The notes under the pieces: model-generated | The model's input: the letters and a program-made list of their open reading frames with translations, nothing else | Databases searched by the model: none | Told to the model about the DNA's origin: nothing | NCBI GenBank assembly: GCA_038064835.1 | Contig: JBBTSD010000010.1 | Location: forward strand, 1-61,958 | Source of the DNA: Patescibacteria group bacterium | GTDB lineage: Bacteria; Patescibacteriota; Minisyncoccia; Phycocordibacterales; UBA2100 | Length of the DNA stretch: 61,958 nucleotides | Reading direction: 5' to 3' | Program-made: the position numbers and the translations under genes | In this document: piece after piece, positions 9,502-19,722 of the stretch | How positions within the stretch are numbered: the first letter of the stretch is position 1 | Layout of the letters: each line of letters begins with the position of its first letter

Positions 9502-11322
9502 TTACGCTTCCAGTTGTTGCAAGGCAACAAGTTGTGCGTAGATTCCATTATCTGCGATCAACTTTCGATGGTCGCCTATCTCACTGATGTGCCCCTCGTC
9601 GAGCACAATAATGCGATCTGCCCGCTTGATAGTCGAGAGACGATGCGCGATCGCGATAATCGTAATGTCGCGTTCTTCACGCAACTTGTCGATGAATGTT
9701 TGCACCACGCGCTCAGACGCCGAGTCCAAACTCGCAGTGGCTTCATCGAGAATCAGCACACGAGCACCCGATAGTAGTGCTACATACGCACGCGCAATAC
9801 CCACACGCTGTCGTTCGCCACCCGAGAGTCGCACTCCGCGCTCACCCACCTGGGTATCAATACCCAGCGGAAATCGCTTGGTGTCGGCCAGAGTTTCTTC
9901 GAGGCAACTTGCCTGAATCGCCTGCGTGACGAGTCGTTCGCTGACATCGGGACATCCGTACACAACATTGTGGCGAATCGTTCCTTCAAACACCTCGACA
10001 TCTTGCGGCACGCACGCGCACCGCGCGCGATACCAATTACGGTTGAAATTTCGAATATCGGTATCGTCCAGACACACAGCGCCTTCTGCGGGATCAGAGA
10101 CGCGCGCAAGCAAGTTTACAATCGTGCTTTTGCCCGCCCCGCTCTTTCCCACAAAGGCAACCATCTCGCCAGGCTCGATAGTGAAATCTAGCGCTTTGAG
10201 CACCGGCGCATTACGCCCTGGATAATGGTGTGTCACTTTTTTGAACGCGATTGTTCCATGCACTTGTCGGGGTACCGAGGCGTCGTCTGGCGAACAAACA
10301 TCTGGCTCTTCGAGCAACAATTTGTGCATCCGCTCTGCCGCAACCAGGTAGCGCAGCATCCGCGTATACACCTGCACCACGCCCCACAGACTCTGGAGCA
10401 TGACACTGCCGGTAGCAAAGACATAGGCGACCGTTCCCACCGTTGTCCACCCGAGAGTGACAAAGTAAAAGCCGGCCGCGATGGTTGCCGTAAAACCGAT
10501 AGCGATAACCGCTTCCATCGCAAAGAAGTATCTCTGAAGCCGAATCGACGCCTCGATATCAATGTCGTGCATTTCCGCACGAACCGCCTGATGCGTAGAC
10601 CCTTCCGAAACTTCCCTCACATACGCCTGAACCGTGCGAACATTCACAATCGACTGACAAAACAGCCCGACAGAATGCTCCTTCCGTTCTTCAAAGCGTT
10701 CCCACACGCTGTAAAAGCGCGAGTAGCATTTGAGATTTAGCCAGACATAGACTCCGATAGGCAGCACTAGCATGAGCGCGAAGCGCCAGTCGATACAGAA
10801 CAGAACGATCAGGTTAATACCAATATAGGCGAGTGCAGGTAAGAGCATCCAGAAAGTGTCAGCCACCATGGCCACCAACCTCTCGACACCCTTATTCACC
10901 TTGGCAATTTTCCGACCGGTATTTTCGCGATCGTGGTACCCCGTGGAAAGCTCCAGAAGCTTCTTGTGCGCCATCACAGGCCACTCGTTCTCGAGGCGAA
11001 TAACCGCTTTCAAAAAAAGTGGTTCCTGCACAAAGCGTCGTATAGCAACTGAAGCCAGACGCAATACGAGCATAAGACTCATCAGGATGATGAGTAGTGT
11101 GCTCATTGCCATTCCTTGTTGCGTCAGCCTATCCACTATCTCTTTAAAGATAAGCGGCACCCCTAGACCGAGAATCTCAGCCACAACCAACGCGATACCA
11201 GCACTCACAAGGCGCGGATGCTCTGATACCGAAAGCTTCCATAATGTCTTTGCACCGCGCACAAAGTAATTGACTGTTTGATCGGCTATGTCTGGGTCTT
11301 TGTCCCATTCAGTGTCTGCCAT
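9502..11322 (-). CDS. ABC exporter, fused permease and ATPase (MsbA-like)
   Basis: Six-TM N-terminal half. Walker A is GKSGAGKST, the ABC signature is LSGGERQR, and Walker B is ILILDEATASLD. The start is moved to ATG 11322 (MADTEWDK), preceded by GAAGGAG. Confidence 0.9.
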   Translation of the reverse strand: MADTEWDKDPDIADQTVNYFVRGAKTLWKLSVSEHPRLVSAGIALVVAEILGLGVPLIFKEIVDRLTQQGMAMSTLLIILMSLMLVLRLASVAIRRFVQEPLFLKAVIRLENEWPVMAHKKLLELSTGYHDRENTGRKIAKVNKGVERLVAMVADTFWMLLPALAYIGINLIVLFCIDWRFALMLVLPIGVYVWLNLKCYSRFYSVWERFEERKEHSVGLFCQSIVNVRTVQAYVREVSEGSTHQAVRAEMHDIDIEASIRLQRYFFAMEAVIAIGFTATIAAGFYFVTLGWTTVGTVAYVFATGSVMLQSLWGVVQVYTRMLRYLVAAERMHKLLLEEPDVCSPDDASVPRQVHGTIAFKKVTHHYPGRNAPVLKALDFTIEPGEMVAFVGKSGAGKSTIVNLLARVSDPAEGAVCLDDTDIRNFNRNWYRARCACVPQDVEVFEGTIRHNVVYGCPDVSERLVTQAIQASCLEETLADTKRFPLGIDTQVGERGVRLSGGERQRVGIARAYVALLSGARVLILDEATASLDSASERVVQTFIDKLREERDITIIAIAHRLSTIKRADRIIVLDEGHISEIGDHRKLIADNGIYAQLVALQQLEA

Positions 11323-11598
11323 TCTTTTTTCTCCTTCTGTCAAAGATCGAAACACCTCGCTTGAGAGCGAGGTGTTTTCACATCATTTCCAAATTATTAC
11401 TGGGAAATGGTACAAATACTCCTCGCCCTCCACTCAATGCCAAAAACCAGCATCGAGATATATGAGCGTGCGTGCGCAAAAATCCGCGTAGGGAAAACGC
11501 GCAGTAATATTGAAAATTGTGTGTATGTCGTCATATAGATTCGCCGTATTTGGAGTGGCGTATTTGTATTATATTCCATTACACAAAAAAGTCAAATG

Positions 11599-11630
11599 CA
11601 AAAACCTCGCCCGGTTGGGCGAGGTTTTTG
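11599..11630. terminator. bidirectional hairpin terminator
   Basis: CAAAAACCTCGCCCGGTTGGGCGAGGTTTTTG has an A-run and a T-run flanking a 9-bp GC-rich stem. It lies downstream of the minus-strand CDS 11768..12463. Confidence 0.7.
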
Positions 11631-11767
11631 CTGTGGCTACCGTCTCTAGGACTTATTAAATTGGATGCAATTCGAGGCGCGCGAGCGAAATAGTGTGAGC
11701 CATATATTTTATATGGTGAACACTATTTTGCGATGTGCAACGACGAAGTGCGCCAATTTCATAAGTC

Positions 11768-12463
11768 CTATTGGTGACCACCCATTTCCTTGCGAAGCTT
11801 GTCAATATAACTTGCGGCAGCGTCTTTACCGCCCATGCCAAACGCGAGTCCGAATGCAATCGAAAGACCGATTACGATTCCGGTGAAAAGCGTCTGAGCG
11901 AATTCGGCAGCGATCCCAATCTGGGAAAGCGCCGCGAGAAGCGCGATGAGCCAGATGGCCCAGCGCGTAATACTCCCCACCAAGTGCACCGCGCGAGCGC
12001 CTGCAGCACGAGCTGAAGCAACCACGAGATTCTTAGCGAGCTCTGCCACCACCGCGGCGAGGATAAGGATAAGTACTGCGGCAACGATTTGCGGCAAGTA
12101 CACCAACACCACGCTTTGGAGGACGACATTCACCTGAGTCAGACCGAGGATTTCGAGCGAAGCCATGAGGAACACCACAATGATGAACCATTTGACCATC
12201 TCGCCGATAAAACGGCCTGAATTAAGTGAGAATCCGCCTTTGGTAACGAGCTCTTCAATACCAGCAGTTCGCAGTGCATCGTCAAGCCGCAAAGCTCGAA
12301 CAATTTGCACCACAAAGCGACCGGCGATTGAAGCGATAACCCAGCCAATGATAAAAATCACGACCGAGAAGATGAGGTTGGGGATGAAGTTCACGGCGAT
12401 GAACCAGAGATCCTGGAGCGACCGCTGGAACACATCTGCCCATTCTGCAACTATCATAACCAA
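11768..12463 (-). CDS. conserved-TM-helix (mechanosensitive-channel-related) membrane protein
   Basis: 231 aa and polytopic. It has repeated amphipathic/TM units and a C-terminal AFGLAFGMGGKDAAASYIDKL, which is typical of the TM_helix repeat family. Confidence 0.65.
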   Translation of the reverse strand: MVMIVAEWADVFQRSLQDLWFIAVNFIPNLIFSVVIFIIGWVIASIAGRFVVQIVRALRLDDALRTAGIEELVTKGGFSLNSGRFIGEMVKWFIIVVFLMASLEILGLTQVNVVLQSVVLVYLPQIVAAVLILILAAVVAELAKNLVVASARAAGARAVHLVGSITRWAIWLIALLAALSQIGIAAEFAQTLFTGIVIGLSIAFGLAFGMGGKDAAASYIDKLRKEMGGHQ

Positions 12464-12573
12464 GGTATTTTTTAAACTATAAACGAATATGTATTCGACC
12501 CTTGCTCACAATTGTATCACCCTGTCACAGCCACCCCTGTCTCTAAATGCACACAATGTGGATATGAAAATTA

Positions 12574-13200
12574 TCAAAAAACCCCAATTTTATTAAGTAA
12601 AATATGATGTGGATAATCAAGAAGGTCGCGCAGTAGCTTGTCGTGCACATCGAGCCGGTAGAAAAAATCTTTAGACGAGAACGCCGCATACCGCACCTCT
12701 CTTCCTTTTTCTGTTTCAATTGCTTTGAGTGCTTCCTGAAGTCGTCGTTCCCGTATGTCATCCGCGACTAACAGCATATCGATTCGCGTTACCTGATCGT
12801 GCGTACCCATAAAATCACCTGAAACTACGACCAGCTTTAATCTACCGACCTCTCGCAAATGCTTCACAATGCTGTCATCGGTTTGCATTTTTGTACTCCG
12901 GACAAACGAAATAAGTGGTTGTGCCATGGCAAAGTCGCGGTCCAGACAGAAGCCTGAACGCACACTCCTTGGTAAAGCGACGCCTCCCCTGCTTTTACCT
13001 TGTACGCGACACTCTTTTATGACCCCGATTTTCGTCAGGAAACGGATTTCTCGACCCAGTATTTGGCCATTTTTAGCCTTTACTCGCTCTTTAATCTCTT
13101 TTGCCGAAAAACACTTCTCCGGAGAGGCGAAGGCAAGAAATCTAAGGACGCCTGCCCGTATATGGCTTCCCAGTATGAGCGAGAGAAAGTCTTCTTCCAT
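12574..13200 (-). CDS. hypothetical protein, N-terminal winged-helix-like
   Basis: 208-aa ORF. The N-terminal segment IRAGVLRFLAFASPEKCFSAKEIKERV looks like a wHTH. Function is unknown. Confidence 0.55.
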   Translation of the reverse strand: MEEDFLSLILGSHIRAGVLRFLAFASPEKCFSAKEIKERVKAKNGQILGREIRFLTKIGVIKECRVQGKSRGGVALPRSVRSGFCLDRDFAMAQPLISFVRSTKMQTDDSIVKHLREVGRLKLVVVSGDFMGTHDQVTRIDMLLVADDIRERRLQEALKAIETEKGREVRYAAFSSKDFFYRLDVHDKLLRDLLDYPHHILLNKIGVF

Positions 13201-13257
13201 AGCGCCGGCATTGTAGCATGTACACTCAAATTTTAGTCAGGTCATTCTTGTGGCAGC

Positions 13258-13281
13258 AAAAAAGCACCGAAAGGTGCTTTT
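13258..13281 (-). terminator. terminator after rplL
   Basis: AAAAAAGCACCGAAAGGTGCTTTT has a 6-bp stem and GAAA loop flanked by A and T runs. Confidence 0.7.
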
Positions 13282-13302
13282 GTGCTACTGCATACCAGTA
13301 CA

Positions 13303-13722
13303 CTATTTAAGTGTAACCTTCCCACCTGCTTCCTCGATCTTTTTCTTCCATGCTTCTGCATCTTCTTTTTTCACTCCTTCTTTCATAACTACTGGAACTC
13401 CTTCTACCATATCCTTTGCTTCCTTAAGTCCAAGGCCCAGAATTTCCTTTACCACTTTAATGACAGCAATCTTCTGTGCACCACCTTCGGTCAACTCCAC
13501 AGTGAACTCACTTTTCTCCTCTGCCACTGCAACTCCCGCGCCCTGTGCAGCTACCGCAACTGCCGCAGCTGAAACACCAAACTTCTTCTCAAAAACTTTA
13601 ACCAAAGCATTAAGCTCGAGCACAGTCATCTTTTCAATTTGATCAACAATCTTTTTCTGTTCTGCAGTCATCTCTACCTCTACTTCTGAGGCTGGCGCCG
13701 CAACCTGTGTTTCGTCAGTCAT
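13303..13722 (-). CDS. rplL: 50S ribosomal protein L7/L12
   Basis: Contains [26 protein letters not shown], an Ala-rich hinge and [20 protein letters not shown]...EAGGKVTLK. The true start may be the internal Met at 13671. Confidence 0.93.
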   Translation of the reverse strand: MTDETQVAAPASEVEVEMTAEQKKIVDQIEKMTVLELNALVKVFEKKFGVSAAAVAVAAQGAGVAVAEEKSEFTVELTEGGAQKIAVIKVVKEILGLGLKEAKDMVEGVPVVMKEGVKKEDAEAWKKKIEEAGGKVTLK

Positions 13723-13748
13723 ACTATTTTTTTATTACCACTAATGAA

Positions 13749-14249
13749 TTACGCTTTCTTTTGAGCGATTTGGTCGAGTGCGACAACAAACCTCTGGATT
13801 GGCGAATTGATAACATTCGCAAACATACCGCGGAGTACTGTCATTGTCGGGATGGTCGCCACTTCGAGAATTTGTTCTTTTCCTTGAATTTTTTCCTCAA
13901 AAATTCCCCCAAGAATGGAAAAGCGCTCTGCACCAAATTTCTTCATGAACACATGCAATTCTCGTGCAGGTGCTGTCGTATCAGTGCCGCCCGTTGCGTA
14001 TGCAACAGCAACTTCACCCCCCAGCTCGGGGACCGAGCCTTTGAGTCCACTCTCGTTCAACGCCTTGATGATGAGTGTCTTCTTTGCAACGAAGTACGCA
14101 ATGCCCATGTCGCGAAGCGAACGGCGCATTGCTGTCTCATCAGCAACGGAAACCCCTCTGAAGTGTACGAACACTGATGGATTCCCTCCCTTGAATGCCC
14201 CTACCAATCGTTCAAGGATTGCCTTCTTCTGTATTTTTGTTTTTGCCAT
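13749..14249 (-). CDS. rplJ: 50S ribosomal protein L10
   Basis: The 166-aa product begins MAKTKIQKKAILERL...VFVHFRGVSVADETAMRRSLRDMGIAYFVAKKTL and lies immediately upstream of rplL. Confidence 0.9.
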   Translation of the reverse strand: MAKTKIQKKAILERLVGAFKGGNPSVFVHFRGVSVADETAMRRSLRDMGIAYFVAKKTLIIKALNESGLKGSVPELGGEVAVAYATGGTDTTAPARELHVFMKKFGAERFSILGGIFEEKIQGKEQILEVATIPTMTVLRGMFANVINSPIQRFVVALDQIAQKKA

Positions 14250-14451
14250 GTTTTATACCACATCCCGTGAAAGGAGTTCTAATAATCCTATTCCTGGACT
14301 CGCGTAAACGCAGAGAGTTCGACCTCGGCGAGTCTGACACCTGCCCTGCAGGTTGCCCGCTGTCTTTAGCCCAGTCGCAACACCATAGCAGTGCCCCGAC
14401 CGTTCGTCAATTACCCGCTTCATAACTTCTGACACCCGCTGATGGGATAGA

Positions 14452-14610
14452 TTATCTTTCTTCCGTAGGTGCTGTGACAGCGGCTGTTTGTTCGGGAGAA
14501 CCCTTCGGGTCGTAGTAACTAATAGCGATTGTTATAGAGAAACTGACAACCAACATCGTGGTAAATCCAAGCAGGAAGTGGAGGAATGATTCGTTGAGAA
14601 AATTACGCAT
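14452..14610 (-). CDS. small (52-aa) putative membrane protein, not in the ORF track
   Basis: The minus strand translates from ATG 14610 as MRNFLNESFLHFLLGFTTMLVVSFSITIAISYYDPKGSPEQTAAVTAPTEER, ending at TAA. It has one clear TM helix and starts 7 nt after the TPR gene stop. Confidence 0.35.
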   Translation of the reverse strand: MRNFLNESFLHFLLGFTTMLVVSFSITIAISYYDPKGSPEQTAAVTAPTEER

Positions 14611-14616
14611 GCAACA

Positions 14617-15372
14617 CTACTTTTGCAGTAGTTTAATTTCTTTTTCAAGCATCTCGAGGGCCTGAATATTAGCAGCTTCCTTGGCATTGTCCCGAGCCAT
14701 GACAAAATATTTGAGAGTATTTACCTTGTCCTTCTTGTCGTCGCGATAGTATGCGGCAAGAGCGAGAGGCAAATTAATTGATTTGGGCGATTGTTTTATA
14801 CCCGCAAGCAGTGTGTCTACAGCAAGAGTCGTATTCTGCTTGTACGAATAACGGTAGAGTTCGTGCAGTGCCATGTAATAAAGCTCTTGGACAGGATCAA
14901 TTTCTATCGCCTTCTTGAAGTACTCTTCTGCCTTTGGAAAATCCTTGAGCGAGAAGTGGTACAGATAGCCGAGGTTGTAGATACTTACCGCATTCTTTGG
15001 TGCGGCGGCAACCAGGTACTCCCATGTCTCTCGAGCGCCTTCAAAGTCGTCAATGACTTTGTATTGAAGTGCTAGATCGAGCCAACTACTTACCTCTTCT
15101 GGGTTTGCGTGAATCGCATCTGCAAGTTTGTTTATATTGTCTGTCACTTTTTTGCGCGCGTCTTTTTGCATGTAGTCAGGGAAGACCAACTTGCGTGGCA
15201 CTTTGGGGGCAACTATATCGGCGTTTTCAATCTTGGGAGTAAACGAAGCCCCTGTCACTGATATTTTCTTTTCATCAAGGGCTGTCGCCCCACCTTGAAC
15301 AAACCAGAAAGCAACCCCTCCGGCAATAACAGCGCATATCGCGCCCCCAACTAACGCATATTTTCCATTCAT
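14617..15372 (-). CDS. membrane-anchored TPR-repeat protein
   Basis: N-terminal TM helix ALVGGAICAVIAGGVAFWFV. TPR-like units include YNLGYLYHFSLKDFPKAEEYFKKAIEIDP. Confidence 0.75.
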   Translation of the reverse strand: MNGKYALVGGAICAVIAGGVAFWFVQGGATALDEKKISVTGASFTPKIENADIVAPKVPRKLVFPDYMQKDARKKVTDNINKLADAIHANPEEVSSWLDLALQYKVIDDFEGARETWEYLVAAAPKNAVSIYNLGYLYHFSLKDFPKAEEYFKKAIEIDPVQELYYMALHELYRYSYKQNTTLAVDTLLAGIKQSPKSINLPLALAAYYRDDKKDKVNTLKYFVMARDNAKEAANIQALEMLEKEIKLLQK

Positions 15373-15576
15373 AATATGTATTGTAACGATTTCTGTTTCT
15401 TCAGCAAGGAACCTCCTCCCAACGGCCTGATGTTGGACTTACGAAGTCCAACATCAGTATAACAGGGTGTTCTGGCGTTCGGCTTCAAAGGTAAATCCGC
15501 GGTAAATCCGCGAACGGGTTGGAAATGGATGAAAAATGGGTCGGGATGGGTGGGAAATAGATGAGATAGGTAAAAC

Positions 15577-15605
15577 AAAAACCCCTCCTTTCGGAGGGGT
15601 TTTTG
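15577..15605 (-). terminator. terminator after the 1156-aa surface protein gene
   Basis: AAAAACCCCTCCTTTCGGAGGGGTTTTTG is a perfect 8-bp GC stem with flanking A and T runs. Confidence 0.85.
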
Positions 15606-15662
15606 TTGCCAGTGTTCGCCTAAATTGCTTTAGACAAACCTTGTGGCGCTAACTCATCAGAG

Positions 15663-18600
15663 TTAGTTAGAGCGGGTCTGGATCAAGCCGCCTGATGGCA
15701 AGCCTGGAAGACCGTATCCGTTTGACCAGTCAACATCGCGAGCAGCACCAAGTACTGATGTGCCTGTCGAGTTGCCTGCCCATACGAAGTTCGCAGCTAC
15801 TCCACCAATTTCACCTGTGCTGATTGTGGTTGTACCCACATTGTAGCCAGTAGTGAGGCCGGTTGGGTAAGCTGAGTCACCACTCAAGGTTGTTACGTTC
15901 GAGTCACCAGTATCAACTCCTGATACTGCTGCTGTGAGTTCGAAGTAGTAAGTCGTTCCAGCTGGAACCTGAACCGCATTGGTTGTAGGCTCGATCTCGA
16001 ACGCTGTTCCTGAAGTGATAGTTGCTGTGTCACCACCAACCTGACCGCCTGTACCCTGACCAGACATTGGCTGTGAGTACGATGAGTCGGTGTAGCCCTT
16101 AAGACGAACTGTAGTGATTGTCACGCCAGTTGTCGAAGACACAGTGAAAGTAAACTCGTTGATGCCCACTGGGCCTGCAGAGTTTGCTGTCACTTTGAAG
16201 CGCATGAGGCGACCGTCAGCTGCACCATTCGTTGGAAGTGTGTCCAATGCGAATGTTGGGAAGCTCTTGAAGAGTCGTGCTCCTGCTACTCCTGCTGTTG
16301 CACCGCTTTGGATAGTGGTACCAGATGCCTGGCCGCTACCTTCTGCGCTGTTTGGATCGATCATGATCAAGTTTCCAATACCGCCAGCTTCTGCCACACC
16401 GATTGCGGCGAGGTCAGCCTTGAGGGTAAGGAGCTTGTCAGCGTCCTTTGGAAGAACGACTGGGGTCGAGAGGGTTGAAGATGCTACCTGGTCAGTACCG
16501 GTAAAGGTAACTGTTCCTACGAGAGTTGCCCCATCGTAGATATATACCTGTACCAAGTCGCCTGTACCGCTACCTGGTGATCCACCACTGCCTGTCGAAG
16601 TCGCACCGTAAGTTCCGTTTGCGAGCGTCAAACCGAGCTTGTTCAGCACGATTGATTCGTTCGTTGCGCGGAGCTTGATGACTCCCATAGTCACACCGGT
16701 AGTTCCTGCTGCTGCCACCGTGTACGAAGGTGATGACGAGTCAACAGTAACTGCAAGTGATCCTGACGCGATTGTCATGGTGCCGCCAGTGAGGTTACCG
16801 AAGGTCTCGGTGACCGAGACTCCTGAAGTTACGCCGGTTGAGCTCCATGTGTCGCCGCTGTTGATGCTCCACACGAAGGTGCCCGAGATGCCAGAGGCAG
16901 CGTTGCACTTAAGTGAGAGTATCTTGACCGTACCCTTCGTTACCGTAAGGGTGTTGTCGAAGTTGAAGGTAGTAGCTGTACCAGTCGATGAAAGAGATGA
17001 AGGCACATTTGAACCAGTGTTGAGCTGGGTTGCACCGTCAAAGATTCCACACGAGTTGAGGTTGGCTACTGTACCTGTCAAGCGAATCGGTACCGCAGAG
17101 ATGCGGATATCTTCGCCAGAAGCAGATGCATCAAGCTGAAGGTTTGCGAAGTGCGCACCTTGTGCACCAGCCACGATGTTCTGGGATGAAGGACTGGTCG
17201 AGAGCGATGCTACGAGAGCAGCGGCCTTGATAGTCATGGTGTTCATCGAGAACGATCCTGTCGAGATCGTGATGGTGTTGCCTGAAGTTTGTCCGGTTAC
17301 ACCTGACCAACCTGAAGGAACTGTGGTGACGACAACTGTAGAGTTATTGCTTGCTCCTGAAGGAATCTTGCCCTTGATGGTCCACACTTTGCGGCCCACT
17401 GGGAAGGTAATCGTATCAGTGAAGGTAACCGTACAACCTGTTGTACAGGTTGTAGCCTGGTCGAGAGGTCCTGCAACCACCATACCGTTTGAATCAACAA
17501 TCGAAATGCCGGTGATAACACCGCCCATGTCGGATGAAGTTGCAATCGTGATTGGCATTGAGGTGATCGAAACCGCCTCACCCTTGAAGTCTGTCACGAA
17601 ACCACCGAGTGTCTGGTTAGAGACATTTGCGGCAATGTTTTGTGCTGGAACTTCAACTGCCTTTCCAATAGTTGTTACTGTACCTGGGTTGATTGTTGTG
17701 ACGAAGCCAGTGAACCAAGGCTGGAATGTGCCTGAAGGCGCGATTCCGTAGCTAAAGGTTTGTCCAACGAAGTACACATCAGTGACCTTGTCGAGATCGA
17801 AGTCAACTGTGCGAGAAGCAGAGTTGGAACCGATGAGATCGACTTTGTTGTACACATCGATGCTTGCTCCCTTGACAATCAAGAGACCGCCTGGGAATAC
17901 CGTTGTGTAGTACTTGCCGTCTGCAGAGACAGTTGTTGGGTACGAAGTACCGTCAACGATGGTCACTACATTAGCGAGGTCGACTGCGCTTGCAGTACCA
18001 ACCTGGCGCCAACGGATCGAGAAGAGGCGGAGGTCTTCTGCAGAACCTGCGGTGAAGCGAAGTCCTGAGATTCGTACGCCTGTGTCGCCGATGTTCTTCG
18101 ATTGCGCTGCACCCGGATCAAACGATGATGTTGATGTCGAGACAGAGCCGATCGAAAGCGTTGAGTTGATTGTGTGTGAAGCGCCTGTGATTGGGAGTGA
18201 ACCCGATACAGTGCCGCCTGTGTTCACACCGACAACCGAGACGCCAACAACCTGTCCAGAGTAGGAAGAGAGGCTTGCGGCCATGTTGCCTGCAACTGTG
18301 AAGGTCTTTGACTCACCTGCCGCCATCGTGAATGTATCTCCGACGATTGCCTGGTGGTTTGAGTTGAGAGTCTTGGATGTACCAACCTGCACACTGTTTG
18401 CAGAGTCAACAAGCACAAGGCCTGAGAAAACTGCGTCTTGTGCGAGGCCGGTGCGCTGCACGGTGATTCCGGTCACCGTCACTGCTGCACCTGAACTGTT
18501 GGTGAGTGTGAAGTTGGTGAATGGAACGCGTGATGCGCCCTGTGGTGCGAGCGAGTTGGCTGGCTGTGCGACTGCAGAGACCCAGACACCGCCACCTACT

Positions 18601-19133
18601 GGTGTTGTTGGTCCTGGAGTCACGACTGGTGCCGCAGCACACGCTGCGCTCATCATGTTGGCCTTAGCACGGCTAGCTGCGCCCCAGAAACCGGTGCCTG
18701 CAGAAAGTCCCACTGGTGTGAGAATGTCTGCTGCGTACTTGTTCTGGAACTTGATGACAGCCGCCTTTGTTGCTGGACCGAAAACTGAGGTCTCGTTGCC
18801 AGGTGAACCAGCACCGGTCATCGCGACCTTCGTGTCCATCATTGTGTTAAGGAACTGCTGGATCCACATTACTTCGCCTCCCTTGTCACCCATGACATGG
18901 TTGCGTGTGAATGTTTGTCCGAAGCATGAACTTGCAGCCGGCATCGCGCTTGGCGCTGCACCGATCTGTGTCTGAAGCTGGGCAATTGTTGCAAGCAAGC
19001 TTGCGATCTGAGCCTGGAGGTCGGATGCGGTTTGCGCTTTCACCGGAGTGGCGAATGCAAATGCAAGACCGAACACAAGCGCAAGACCAACAAGAGCTGC
19101 AGCAACTTTTGGTGTTGCTAATGAATTACTCAT
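15663..19133 (-). CDS. giant secreted surface (S-layer-like) protein with an N-terminal peptidoglycan-binding domain
   Basis: Signal peptide is ...FAFATPVKAQ. A PG_binding_1-like segment reads GDKGGEVMWIQQFLN...AVIKFQNKY...GFWGAASRAKAN. About 950 aa of T/S/G/V-rich beta-type sequence follows. Confidence 0.8.
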   Translation of the reverse strand: MSNSLATPKVAAALVGLALVFGLAFAFATPVKAQTASDLQAQIASLLATIAQLQTQIGAAPSAMPAASSCFGQTFTRNHVMGDKGGEVMWIQQFLNTMMDTKVAMTGAGSPGNETSVFGPATKAAVIKFQNKYAADILTPVGLSAGTGFWGAASRAKANMMSAACAAAPVVTPGPTTPVGGGVWVSAVAQPANSLAPQGASRVPFTNFTLTNSSGAAVTVTGITVQRTGLAQDAVFSGLVLVDSANSVQVGTSKTLNSNHQAIVGDTFTMAAGESKTFTVAGNMAASLSSYSGQVVGVSVVGVNTGGTVSGSLPITGASHTINSTLSIGSVSTSTSSFDPGAAQSKNIGDTGVRISGLRFTAGSAEDLRLFSIRWRQVGTASAVDLANVVTIVDGTSYPTTVSADGKYYTTVFPGGLLIVKGASIDVYNKVDLIGSNSASRTVDFDLDKVTDVYFVGQTFSYGIAPSGTFQPWFTGFVTTINPGTVTTIGKAVEVPAQNIAANVSNQTLGGFVTDFKGEAVSITSMPITIATSSDMGGVITGISIVDSNGMVVAGPLDQATTCTTGCTVTFTDTITFPVGRKVWTIKGKIPSGASNNSTVVVTTVPSGWSGVTGQTSGNTITISTGSFSMNTMTIKAAALVASLSTSPSSQNIVAGAQGAHFANLQLDASASGEDIRISAVPIRLTGTVANLNSCGIFDGATQLNTGSNVPSSLSSTGTATTFNFDNTLTVTKGTVKILSLKCNAASGISGTFVWSINSGDTWSSTGVTSGVSVTETFGNLTGGTMTIASGSLAVTVDSSSPSYTVAAAGTTGVTMGVIKLRATNESIVLNKLGLTLANGTYGATSTGSGGSPGSGTGDLVQVYIYDGATLVGTVTFTGTDQVASSTLSTPVVLPKDADKLLTLKADLAAIGVAEAGGIGNLIMIDPNSAEGSGQASGTTIQSGATAGVAGARLFKSFPTFALDTLPTNGAADGRLMRFKVTANSAGPVGINEFTFTVSSTTGVTITTVRLKGYTDSSYSQPMSGQGTGGQVGGDTATITSGTAFEIEPTTNAVQVPAGTTYYFELTAAVSGVDTGDSNVTTLSGDSAYPTGLTTGYNVGTTTISTGEIGGVAANFVWAGNSTGTSVLGAARDVDWSNGYGLPGLPSGGLIQTRSN

Positions 19134-19722
19134 AGTTGAATGTTTGTCTTGTAACTAAACGCGCGCATATTCCTTCGACAAGAATGTGTTTGCGTTTTTG
19201 ACACACTTCTTACGAAGCACATCGTGATCTACAACTGTTAAATGCTATCTCGGAGCGTTTTTTACAACGCCGTGAGTTTAGCAGCAAAGGAAGTTAGTCT
19301 GAATTCTGGCGCTCATCCATACACGGATTTCTCAGCATGCATCCAAAGTATTTTTCTAGGTTACTTGTGCGACTGACGCACAGTAAAAAGATAGACACAC
19401 CTGATTAAAGAGTGTGACTCTTTTGTGCAGTTCTCTATTTAATTTTCAAAGATCCAAAACACTGCACTCATCCATATCATCCTTCCTGTATCAACGGTAT
19501 TCTGAAGCGTACGCCAAAAAACGGCAGTCGCCTCGAGAAGCAGTATACCGTGTAACCAGGTGGTCTTTCCGCAGTCGCGGAGTGCATGTGGATAACCGGA
19601 AAACATCACCCTACTATCACTAGTGGAGCATGCCGACCGGCGCTCAGATGATACGCTCAGATGAAGGTGAAGTCAACCGGAAATACCTCTCGAAAAGGAG
19701 CTATTTCATCTCAAAAACACCT

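Noticed and set aside
14250-14440. Possible ribosomal L10 leader upstream of rplJ
   Set aside because: The position is right, and the minus strand contains GGCAGGTG...CCGAGG-like strings. The covariance model cannot be verified by eye, so it is not reported as a feature. An Infernal scan with RF00557 would decide.
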